DNA from: an uncultured virus (IMG/VR IMGVR_UViG_3300025402_000001) | Lineage: Duplodnaviria > Heunggongvirae > Uroviricota > Caudoviricetes | Length of the DNA stretch: 20,000 nucleotides | Virus record (IMG/VR): IMGVR_UViG_3300025402_000001 | Strand: one strand, 5' to 3' | Shown: piece after piece, positions 6,888-13,444 of the stretch | Layout: the number at the start of each line of letters is the position of its first letter | Numbering within the stretch: the stretch's first letter is position 1 | Made by a program: the position numbers and the translations under genes | Notes under the pieces: model-generated | What the model was told of the DNA's origin: nothing | Seen by the model: only the letters and a program-made list of their open reading frames with translations | Databases searched by the model: none

Positions 6888-8231
6888 CTATATTAATGCA
6901 AAATTCAGGGTGTCTAGAAGGGCCTGTTGCAAATTTATTTTTCCGTCCAGTACCTTGACCACCTGCTCGTCGATACTATTAGACATTGTTAGGTGGTGTA
7001 TAATAACGGGCTTGGTCTGTCCTTGTCTGTATATCCTTGCATTTGCCTGTATATAGTTCTCTGAGCTCCATGGGAGATCAAACCAGACTGTCTGCGCTGT
7101 ATCACCAACGTTGCACTGAAGATTGAGCCCGATGCCTCCAGATTGTGGGTGTGCAAATAGCATGCGGATCTCTCCTCTACGCCACGCCTCAATGTTGTCA
7201 TCATCCAATACCACACCCTGTGGAAACTGAAGCCGTAGTCTTTGGAGGGAATGTTTGAAGTGGTAGAACACCAGCGTAGGAGAGGAGCTCTCCTCCATGA
7301 TCGACTCAAGATATTCCAGCTTAGAGCGGTGGACTTCATGCGTGTCCCCCTGCTCGTCATAGACCGCGCCTGATGTAAATTGAAGGAGCTTGTTCGCGAG
7401 TGCCGCCGCTGTTGGGGCTGTGATTTTTTCTTTTTTGATGTCGACAACCATCTCTTTTCTAAGCTCATCGTATTGTTTCCTTACCTGTGGGTCAAAAGAT
7501 ATACTGTGGTATACATAGGTACATTCGGGTAGTTGCAGGTAGTCCTCTGCCTTAAGTGAGAAACAGATGTCTGATATTTTGTCCTGTACAATCTTATCAC
7601 ATCCGGCCTTAAACTTCCATGAGTACACCACCCGGGTGTGCCGGTTCATTTGATCCGGCGTCATGTATTTGTCCCTAAAGCGGGTAAGGCTAGTCTCCAA
7701 ACGCTCTCCTAAGTCCAATATACCCACCTGGGACCAGAGATCTTGCATGCCCTGAGGGGTAGGTGTACCAGTGAGGATTAAACGCCGTGAGAAGCCCTTT
7801 AAATGCTTCTTAAGCGCCTTGAATCGTTTGGTGCTTGGGTCCTTAAATCTGGACGATTCATCTATTACTAAGTTAGTAAACACTAACTTGTCTGAAAGGC
7901 CACAGAGCCACGCTACGTTTTCAAGGTTAACTAAATAAATATCTGCCTCCAAATTTAATGCTGCTAGTCTTTGGCTTGGGCCTCCCATTATCTTGCTGAC
8001 TTTGAGGTGCTTTAGATGGTCCCATTTTTTCACCTCGGCATCCCATACCGTCTCTGCTACTCGCTTGGGTGCTATGATTAGTGTCTTCCCCACGAATTGT
8101 TCCGCTATGATCGTCAGGGCGGTTGTTGTTTTCCCCAAACCTGGGCAAAGTAAAAGTCCCATGTTTCGTACGGATATCGCCTTGTTGATTAGGTCTTGTT
8201 GATACTGGTGTAGCTGTGTTCTTTTTAGCAT
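6888..8231 (-). CDS. SNF2-family (SF2) DNA helicase
   Basis: LHQYQ, Walker A PGLGKT, LIIAPKRVA, VIDESS, LTGTP, HPQSGGIGLNLQ, QANARIYRQGQ; start at MLKRTQL (8231). Confidence 0.93.
   Translation of the reverse strand: MLKRTQLHQYQQDLINKAISVRNMGLLLCPGLGKTTTALTIIAEQFVGKTLIIAPKRVAETVWDAEVKKWDHLKHLKVSKIMGGPSQRLAALNLEADIYLVNLENVAWLCGLSDKLVFTNLVIDESSRFKDPSTKRFKALKKHLKGFSRRLILTGTPTPQGMQDLWSQVGILDLGERLETSLTRFRDKYMTPDQMNRHTRVVYSWKFKAGCDKIVQDKISDICFSLKAEDYLQLPECTYVYHSISFDPQVRKQYDELRKEMVVDIKKEKITAPTAAALANKLLQFTSGAVYDEQGDTHEVHRSKLEYLESIMEESSSPTLVFYHFKHSLQRLRLQFPQGVVLDDDNIEAWRRGEIRMLFAHPQSGGIGLNLQCNVGDTAQTVWFDLPWSSENYIQANARIYRQGQTKPVIIHHLTMSNSIDEQVVKVLDGKINLQQALLDTLNFALI
6890..6903 (-). promoter_or_regulatory. 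Conserved phage promoter-like motif (copy 4), in the helicase 3' end, 3 nt before the ATG of the sigma-4-like gene
   Basis: Minus strand TTTTGCATTAATAT-AGT-ATG. Confidence 0.65.
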
Positions 8232-8574
8232 GTGTTTGATTCCATATCCAGTCTGCAATGTCGTAGTGGTCCTGCATTGTCCCATTGTCCTTCATCTTGT
8301 TTGCCTTGCTGCTGATAAACGCGATGTTACCAACGACGTACCCAATCTCGGGGTGTATCTTATCTAGCTGGGGGGTATCGAGGCGGGTCTTTCCCTTACC
8401 CAGCCCCGACGCGCCCCATACAAATGGTGTATTAAATATGGGGCACACATCGGTTGCAATGTCTACTAGGTCCTTAAGCGTGAGATTAAATGGGACATTG
8501 TCCCTAATGGACCTGGCCCTTGCGTTGCCTAGGTATGCCTTAAGGTGTTGTAGCTTTGTTGATGAAATCATCAA
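7927..8574 (-). CDS. HNH-like (His-Me finger) endonuclease with long C-terminal overlap into the helicase
   Basis: ARARS...PFNLT..DL, CPIFNTPF, PQLDKIHPEIGYVVGNIAFISSKANKMK match the phage LD(R/K)I..GY..GN..IS..AN..K family; the last ~100 aa overlap the helicase in another frame. Confidence 0.7.
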   Translation of the reverse strand: MMISSTKLQHLKAYLGNARARSIRDNVPFNLTLKDLVDIATDVCPIFNTPFVWGASGLGKGKTRLDTPQLDKIHPEIGYVVGNIAFISSKANKMKDNGTMQDHYDIADWIWNQTHAKKNTATPVSTRPNQQGDIRTKHGTFTLPRFGENNNRPDDHSGTIRGEDTNHSTQASSRDGMGCRGEKMGPSKAPQSQQDNGRPKPKTSSIKFGGRYLFS

Positions 8575-8815
8575 TTTGCTCCTTGCTTCTTAGGATTTGT
8601 ACCTCAAAGCCCTGTTCATTTAGTTGGGAAAAAACTATCGTCTGCCTTGGAGATATCTTGCCAGTCAAAGTCTTTAGCTCCACTAGATACACCTGCCCCG
8701 CTAGGAAAACTAGACGATCCGGTACCCCCGACACTGAGCTGATCCACTTGAAGCTCAGGCCCTTTGACTCTTTTACTTTTTTGTTTAAGTAGCTTTCCAC
8801 TTGCTTTTCTAGCAT
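8540..8815 (-). CDS. VRR-NUC domain nuclease (putative Holliday junction resolvase)
   Basis: MLEKQVESYL, FKWIS..SGVPDRLV, LVELKT..GKISPRQ; next to the SNF2 helicase. Confidence 0.92.
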   Translation of the reverse strand: MLEKQVESYLNKKVKESKGLSFKWISSVSGVPDRLVFLAGQVYLVELKTLTGKISPRQTIVFSQLNEQGFEVQILRSKEQIDDFINKATTP

Positions 8816-9212
8816 GTTTTTCTTTCTCATGTAAACAGATCTTAAAGATCTGGCCGGCTAAGTGACCGGATAGGTAGGCCCGGGTCTCATTGACAAAGTT
8901 ATCCTCTTCACCTATATGCTCGGCCAGATGATCCACAGCGTGACTAACTTCGTGAGCAATCGTATCAACCAGCTCGCCAAGGTTATCGTTAACAAGAGAC
9001 ATATCAAAAACCAAAATAATGATAGCATCTTTTCCGTCGCCAATGAGGTGCGTCTCAGCAATTCCACAATCCAGCGCGTTAGCTTTAAGGGTAACATCGT
9101 GATCCTTTAGTATCTGTTGAAAGACAGTATTGTCAAAGCATAGCTTAACGATGTCTGGAAAGAATCCGACGTTGAGCTTGTAGTAGTTATACTTTTTATT
9201 TTTGATGGCCAT
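8616..9212 (-). CDS. Putative zincin-like metalloprotein (HEXXH)
   Basis: TIAHEVSHAVD with downstream NETRAYL (possible third ligand); the C-terminal ~66 aa overlap VRR-NUC. Confidence 0.6.
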   Translation of the reverse strand: MAIKNKKYNYYKLNVGFFPDIVKLCFDNTVFQQILKDHDVTLKANALDCGIAETHLIGDGKDAIIILVFDMSLVNDNLGELVDTIAHEVSHAVDHLAEHIGEEDNFVNETRAYLSGHLAGQIFKICLHEKEKHARKASGKLLKQKSKRVKGPELQVDQLSVGGTGSSSFPSGAGVSSGAKDFDWQDISKADDSFFPTK

Positions 9213-9424
9213 TAGTGTCTCGTGTTCTTTGGCTTGTTTAGTTGGGCCAGGATCTCTTCTCGCTCCTCGTCATCAAGGTCATCGACTGAGACAGACTCCT
9301 CAAAGATTTCACCTGTCTCAACAAGCTGCGTAATGCCACGCACGAGCTCCATGTACTCCTCCTCACCTAGGTCCAACTCATCGGCCCAACCCTCCACAAA
9401 TACCACCGGCATCTTCTTGGTCAT
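9212..9424 (-). CDS. Small acidic hypothetical protein (70 aa)
   Basis: Very D/E-rich; AAGGGG SD; ATGA overlap. Confidence 0.8.
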   Translation of the reverse strand: MTKKMPVVFVEGWADELDLGEEEYMELVRGITQLVETGEIFEESVSVDDLDDEEREEILAQLNKPKNTRH

Positions 9425-9651
9425 CTATTTCCCCTTAATATATTTAGCATGCGTTTTGTGTAGGAATCTTTTGGTGTTTTTTCCTGCTCAATGTGTTGCT
9501 TTAGGAGTGCAATAACACCAATCTCAACGAGCTTACTGGTTGTGAATTCATTGAGGTCAAGGTTGTAATTTGCGGAGCCGTCATCATTCTCACTGACGTA
9601 GGTCATTGTGAACTGGATGTCGTTTGTATCTGATAAATAGGGCTTTGTCAT
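9421..9651 (-). CDS. Hypothetical protein (76 aa)
   Basis: ATGA overlaps at both ends. Confidence 0.8.
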   Translation of the reverse strand: MTKPYLSDTNDIQFTMTYVSENDDGSANYNLDLNEFTTSKLVEIGVIALLKQHIEQEKTPKDSYTKRMLNILRGNR

Positions 9652-9911
9652 TTCTTTAGTCCTTTACGTAGTTCATGTGAGTGTAGTTTTTTGCCTGGGT
9701 CCTTTACCTCACCGGCCGACTTGGCCACCTTGGCGGCCTTAGTGCGACCGACAACTTCACCTGTGGATAGTACAAAGTCATGCTTGGCTCCCTTGGCGCC
9801 CTTGCCGGCCTTTTTGATGATGTCGTCGTGGCTCTGTGATGGTGTGCCCTTGACTACCTTGCCGGACTTCTCTTTAATTGCTGGCTCAATTACTTTAACT
9901 TTTTTAGTCAT
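9648..9911 (-). CDS. Lys-rich basic hypothetical protein (87 aa)
   Basis: Start at MTKKV (ATGA overlap, AAGGA SD); FVLSTGEVVGRTKAAKVAKSAGEV..LHSHEL. Confidence 0.75.
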   Translation of the reverse strand: MTKKVKVIEPAIKEKSGKVVKGTPSQSHDDIIKKAGKGAKGAKHDFVLSTGEVVGRTKAAKVAKSAGEVKDPGKKLHSHELRKGLKK

Positions 9912-10090
9912 CTCTTTTCCTTTTGTTGTACGTGCCACTGACATAGCTCCTTGTAGTACCTAATTTCTTTTTCATATTTTTCATAGGTTCGGTTGTAAAT
10001 ATCAATCTGCTGCTGTAGCTCAGGGTCTTTGGGTTTGGCCCAGTAGCCTGCTAGTGCGCCTGCTAGGAAGGCGATGAATAGTTCAGTCAT
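9908..10090 (-). CDS. N-terminally membrane-anchored coiled-coil protein (60 aa)
   Basis: MTELFIAFLAGALAGYW TM followed by a helical tail; ATGA overlap. Confidence 0.7.
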   Translation of the reverse strand: MTELFIAFLAGALAGYWAKPKDPELQQQIDIYNRTYEKYEKEIRYYKELCQWHVQQKEKR

Positions 10091-10278
10091 TTTTCCAATC
10101 CGTTTCTTAAGCACACAAACCGATATACTTTTGAGCTGCCTCTTGTTAGTCCTTCAGCTTGGTTGCCGGCTCTTTGACATTGTTCTTGCGACGTAAAACC
10201 ATCAATGTGTTGCAGTGCCACGCTGTCACCATTGGCAAGTACTCCGGCATAAATATACATTACTAAAATCCAATTCAT
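10087..10278 (-). CDS. Small exported/membrane protein with two Cys (63 aa)
   Basis: MNWILVMYIYAG...FTSQEQCQRAG...FVC; GGAG SD. Confidence 0.7.
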   Translation of the reverse strand: MNWILVMYIYAGVLANGDSVALQHIDGFTSQEQCQRAGNQAEGLTRGSSKVYRFVCLRNGLEK

Positions 10279-10394
10279 ACATTTCTCCAATATGTGTCGT
10301 TAGGGTTGGCCAGCATGCTGGCAATAAGCTCGTCTGCGGTTTGGAACCACTGGATGCACTTGAGCCCGTCTGCTTGGTAGATGGTGAAGCTCAT
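10275..10394 (-). CDS. Small hypothetical protein (39 aa)
   Basis: Manual translation MSFTIYQADGLKCIQWFQTADELIASMLANPNDTYWRNV*; ATGA overlaps at both ends. Confidence 0.7.
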   Translation of the reverse strand: MSFTIYQADGLKCIQWFQTADELIASMLANPNDTYWRNV

Positions 10395-10702
10395 CTCAAT
10401 ACCTCTGCTGATTTAAGTTCACCTGTTTCACCATCATGGATAAGTTTCAATGCTCTTTCCGAGTTTCTTACATAACAGCTTATTGGAGCTTCTGACCATC
10501 CATGTTCATTAAAAGTTAAAAATGTTGTGTAATCGGGCTTAAATTCCGGCTTGATGCGAAAATCCAAATTTTTGTTGCTCCAAACTGGGTCAGTTGTATC
10601 AAACCACTCATTTGAATTTCCCACATGACTGCATAAAGTTCTTGCTTCAATTTCAGCACCATCAGCCCATGCTTTTATTATTTCTGCGTGTGGGTGTTTC
10701 AT
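10391..10702 (-). CDS. Conserved phage hypothetical protein (HAEIIKAWADGAEIE type)
   Basis: KHPHAEIIKAWADGAEIE...W....PVW.....FRIKPE, a recurring phage pattern; AGGAG SD. Confidence 0.85.
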   Translation of the reverse strand: MKHPHAEIIKAWADGAEIEARTLCSHVGNSNEWFDTTDPVWSNKNLDFRIKPEFKPDYTTFLTFNEHGWSEAPISCYVRNSERALKLIHDGETGELKSAEVLR

Positions 10703-10705
10703 AGC

Positions 10706-10891
10706 CTATTCTCCTATTCCGTGGGCGCGTTCGATGGCGCGGGCGATTTCAATTGGGAAGTATTTGTGTTTGGCTATCTCCCAGCATTGGTCTACATACT
10801 CTTGAGTTTGTTTGTAGATTTCCATACACTGCTCATCAGTCAACGGGATACGTTGCGCGTCTTGCCGGTCTTGTGTGGTGAAGGTGGTCAT
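10706..10891 (-). CDS. Hypothetical protein (PLTDE...ARAIERAHGI type, 61 aa)
   Basis: Start at MTTFTT, coupled to a junction repeat; shares the LTDE..ARAI module with 11711..11953. Confidence 0.75.
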   Translation of the reverse strand: MTTFTTQDRQDAQRIPLTDEQCMEIYKQTQEYVDQCWEIAKHKYFPIEIARAIERAHGIGE

Positions 10892-11256
10892 TTCTCGCTT
10901 GCCTCTTTTTCTAATTGATGTACTTTGCTCATTGCCTGTGTTGCCAAATTGTGCATATCTTTGTACTTGCGTTTCCATTCTTCAATTTCTTCACGCATTA
11001 TTCCAACCACATAGTCTGCGTTATCTAATAAAGCATCTACCTCTGATTTTGATGGCTTATACGAATGTCTATCAAACCCCCACGGCTCGCTAACCAAATC
11101 CCAATTTCTGTTTCTCAACGCCTCTATTTCGGCTTGTTGCTGGCGTAGCATGGTGGCTGCTTCTTTTAACTTTTCTTTGTCAGAAAATATGTCATGTTCT
11201 GCTTCTTTGTAAGTTGTAATCTTTTCTAATTCATCTGCTAGTTCATTTGCGTTCAT
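10888..11256 (-). CDS. MNANELA/MLRQQQAEIEAL family protein, paralog 3 (122 aa)
   Basis: Start inside a junction repeat; coiled-coil core. Confidence 0.8.
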   Translation of the reverse strand: MNANELADELEKITTYKEAEHDIFSDKEKLKEAATMLRQQQAEIEALRNRNWDLVSEPWGFDRHSYKPSKSEVDALLDNADYVVGIMREEIEEWKRKYKDMHNLATQAMSKVHQLEKEASEK

Positions 11257-11272
11257 TTCTCTTGTGCCTTTC

Positions 11273-11365
11273 TTAATAGCCACCCAGCAATACAATCAAA
11301 GTAGAAAACCAAAGAATTAAATTAACAGTAATAACTACTGTAAAATATATTTGCTGATTATTCAT
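11273..11365 (-). CDS. Single-TM micropeptide (30 aa)
   Basis: MNNQQIYFTVVITVNLILWFSTLIVLLGGY*; starts in one junction repeat and stops at the TAA of the next. Confidence 0.65.
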   Translation of the reverse strand: MNNQQIYFTVVITVNLILWFSTLIVLLGGY

Positions 11366-11643
11366 TTCTCTTGTGCCTTTCTTAGTATCATTAGGCAATC
11401 TTGTACGTCATTTACTGCTTCATCATTACATGACAAACGCAATAAATCTTCAGCCCATTTGAGAGTGCCAATTAGTTTAGACTTTTCATCAGCCGTTAGT
11501 GCCTTTCTTAGCTCATAAAATTCTATGATTGCCTCTGCAAACATCACAGGAAAGTCTGCATCAGAACCTGCTCTTAATAAACCTTCCGCTATACCGCCTT
11601 GATGTAAATAAATATTGTGTATTTCTTCAGTAGTTAATTTCAT
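11362..11643 (-). CDS. Hypothetical protein, apparent fusion of two array modules (93 aa)
   Basis: MKLTTEEI...FAEAI..ELRKA / LTADEK...ILRKAQEK*; internal partial junction repeat at 11499-11511. Confidence 0.75.
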   Translation of the reverse strand: MKLTTEEIHNIYLHQGGIAEGLLRAGSDADFPVMFAEAIIEFYELRKALTADEKSKLIGTLKWAEDLLRLSCNDEAVNDVQDCLMILRKAQEK

Positions 11644-11714
11644 TTCCCTTGCGCCTTTCTTAGTAAGTACCCAAAACAAAAAGATAAAATAAACCAAACC
11701 GCTAAAGTAATCAT
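11640..11714 (-). CDS. Single-TM micropeptide (24 aa)
   Basis: MITLAVWFILSFCFGYLLRKAQGK*; ATGA overlaps at both ends. Confidence 0.6.
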   Translation of the reverse strand: MITLAVWFILSFCFGYLLRKAQGK

Positions 11715-11953
11715 TTCTCACTCGCTTTCTTTAGTATTGCTCTAGCAAATAAAGGTAACTCAGCATTTAGCATAACAACCGCTGGATGCGTTTCGTTCCA
11801 ACATTCAATTATTTCCTCATCTGTTAGGTTTGCTGGATGGGTGTAAAGTGGAATAGGCTCTGTTGTTCCTGTAACTTTCCACGCAAACTTAATGTCGTAG
11901 ACTGTTGCACCTTCACCTTCGGGGTAAAAATGTCCTACTGGTTTTATATTCAT
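11711..11953 (-). CDS. Hypothetical protein (IPLYTHP...LTDEEI...FARAILKKA type, 80 aa)
   Basis: Recurring phage motif string; bounded by junction repeats. Confidence 0.8.
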   Translation of the reverse strand: MNIKPVGHFYPEGEGATVYDIKFAWKVTGTTEPIPLYTHPANLTDEEIIECWNETHPAVVMLNAELPLFARAILKKASEK

Positions 11954-11968
11954 TTTTTTGTGGCTTTC

Positions 11969-12058
11969 TTAAATAAATCTAGCAATGATATAAACAATAA
12001 CCGCACCAAGTAACCACCATTTAAAACTTCCATCAAATACCCAGTTTATAAAGTTCAT
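11969..12058 (-). CDS. Single-TM micropeptide (29 aa)
   Basis: MNFINWVFDGSFKWWLLGAVIVYIIARFI*; stops at the TAA of a junction repeat. An alternative frame 11950..12033 (27 aa) is also open. Confidence 0.5.
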   Translation of the reverse strand: MNFINWVFDGSFKWWLLGAVIVYIIARFI

Positions 12059-12209
12059 TTGCATAACCCATTTCTCCATTTGATTTATAGCGCAATAACT
12101 CTCTATTCAACGCCTCTATTTCAGCTTGTTGCTGGCGTAGCATATCGTTAAGTCTTAAAATTACTAACTTAGCGCCTTCTAAATCTTCAGCTAGTTCATT
12201 TGCGTTCAT
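12033..12209 (-). CDS. MNANELA/MLRQQQAEIEAL family protein, paralog 2 (58 aa)
   Basis: Manual translation MNANELAEDLEGAKLVILRLNDMLRQQQAEIEALNRELLRYKSNGEMGYANELYKLGI*; AAGGAGG SD, ATGA overlap. Confidence 0.8.
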   Translation of the reverse strand: MNANELAEDLEGAKLVILRLNDMLRQQQAEIEALNRELLRYKSNGEMGYANELYKLGI

Positions 12210-12436
12210 TTCAGCGCCTCCTTAGCCCACCTAATATGGTCATCGCACTGCCACTTAATCTTGTCATGGCTAAGCTCAACGTGCTCGTTGGCAATAGACT
12301 GTAGTACCTGTTTCAATGCTTCTATTTTAGCTTGTTGCTGGCGTAGCATTTCAATAGCTTGTTTAACTGCTGGTAAATACCCAACAGAAAGCATCTTTTC
12401 AAACTCCTTTAAATCAGCTAGTTCATTTGCGTTCAT
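12206..12436 (-). CDS. MNANELA/MLRQQQAKIEAL family protein, paralog 1 (76 aa)
   Basis: ORF track; ATGA overlaps. Confidence 0.8.
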   Translation of the reverse strand: MNANELADLKEFEKMLSVGYLPAVKQAIEMLRQQQAKIEALKQVLQSIANEHVELSHDKIKWQCDDHIRWAKEALK

Positions 12437-12564
12437 TTTCTCACCTGTAAAAGTATTGGCCCGAATCTATAAACATAGTATAAATCGCCACCATTAAAGC
12501 GCACTGAGTTCCACTGTAATGGCTCGCCTTTAAACCACGGAGCCTTATAAAATCGTATGTTCAT
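12433..12564 (-). CDS. Small aromatic-rich hypothetical protein (43 aa)
   Basis: MNIRFYKAPWFKGEPLQWNSVRFNGGDLYYVYRFGPILLQVRK*; GGAGG SD, ATGA overlaps at both ends. Confidence 0.7.
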   Translation of the reverse strand: MNIRFYKAPWFKGEPLQWNSVRFNGGDLYYVYRFGPILLQVRK

Positions 12565-13061
12565 TCACCATCCTCCACCATAATACCATTATCTCGGCGG
12601 TAAATTTCCTCGTCGGTAAACACCTTGGCTATGTGCTCAGGGATGTGGGTCTGCGTCATGCGGATGTTGTGGATGTGCATGTTAGACAGCGAGCACACTG
12701 GGCGGTATTCCAGTGGTGATCTGCCATCCTTGCCACGACAACCCCAGTGAAAATCAGTACGGATCTTTTCGTGTGGGTCTGTGTCGTACACACAGGCGTC
12801 TTGGTAGGGCGCGTCATCATGGATGTTGCAACGCTGATAGTCAAGGCCGCCGTCGATCATGTACTCCTTACCATTGGCGTCTACATAGGTCTTGTAGTCA
12901 TGTCTGTTGTAGCTCTGCATCATTGTGCCATCGGGGGTGATGATGCGGTTGGCTAACAGGCGGGGCTCTTTATTAAAGATCGTGTCCCAGTTGGCCTCAA
13001 ATTGTTCTTGATTTTGTGGGGCGATTTGTTTGTCACCCTTACCTCCGTCGTGCTTTGTCAT
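12561..13061 (-). CDS. Conserved phage hypothetical protein (166 aa)
   Basis: Start at MTKHDGGKGDK (AGGAG SD); TPDGT..QSYNRHDY...YMIDGGLDYQR and WGCRGKDG motifs. Confidence 0.85.
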   Translation of the reverse strand: MTKHDGGKGDKQIAPQNQEQFEANWDTIFNKEPRLLANRIITPDGTMMQSYNRHDYKTYVDANGKEYMIDGGLDYQRCNIHDDAPYQDACVYDTDPHEKIRTDFHWGCRGKDGRSPLEYRPVCSLSNMHIHNIRMTQTHIPEHIAKVFTDEEIYRRDNGIMVEDGE

Positions 13062-13062
13062 G

Positions 13063-13308
13063 CTATCTCCTAAACAGTGCTGTTGATTTACGTCTGCCGT
13101 ATACACGGCGAATGCGTAGCGCTTGTATCATGCCGAATGTCTTGTTGCGGTGGCCTTGATGCGCCCTACGGATTTGCTGCATCTTAAAGCGCAGTACTAG
13201 ACTAATTGATTTTTGTCTAGTAACAAGTGTCCTACGCCGACCAAACCCCCCAAACACGGAGGTGAAGTCGTTGCGCTTAATAAACTTGCGTCGGTTAAAG
13301 TGTTTCAT
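13063..13308 (-). CDS. Arg/Lys-rich basic protein (81 aa)
   Basis: The ORF fills the gap in the gene string; strongly basic. Confidence 0.65.
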   Translation of the reverse strand: MKHFNRRKFIKRNDFTSVFGGFGRRRTLVTRQKSISLVLRFKMQQIRRAHQGHRNKTFGMIQALRIRRVYGRRKSTALFRR

Positions 13309-13444
13309 TCTGTGGATTACCAGCTAGGGCAAACTGTGCGTACTGCCACGCTGTATCGCGTACCTCTGCGGGGGTTGCGCCCCGTGCAATGAGCCCCATG
13401 GTGGCGGCCACTGCAAAGGCAAATAGTTGTTCGTCTTGTGTCAT
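13295..13444 (-). CDS. Small hypothetical protein (49 aa)
   Basis: MTQDEQLFAFAVAATMGLIARGATPAEVRDTAWQYAQFALAGNPQNETL*; TAATG coupling to the primase stop. Confidence 0.7.
   Translation of the reverse strand: MTQDEQLFAFAVAATMGLIARGATPAEVRDTAWQYAQFALAGNPQNETL

Larger units (their letters stand above)
10888..12436 (-). repeat. Dispersed repeats: ~24-nt gene-junction repeat (7 copies + 1 internal), 23-nt MNANELA start repeat (x3), 37-nt MLRQQQAEIEAL repeat (x3)
   Basis: TTCATTTCTCTTGTGCCTTTCTTA is identical at 11252 and 11361, has 2 mismatches at 11639, is degenerate at 10888, 11711, 11949 and 12205, and partial at 11499. Start repeat at 11234, 12187, 12414; core repeat at 11115, 12107, 12313. 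Confidence 0.85.

Noticed and set aside
10888..12436. Junction repeats read as a CRISPR array, integron attC array or DGR TR/VR pair
   Set aside because: Spacing is irregular (~70-360 nt), the repeats are non-palindromic and coding, differences are not adenine-specific, and no cas, integrase or reverse transcriptase gene is in the window.
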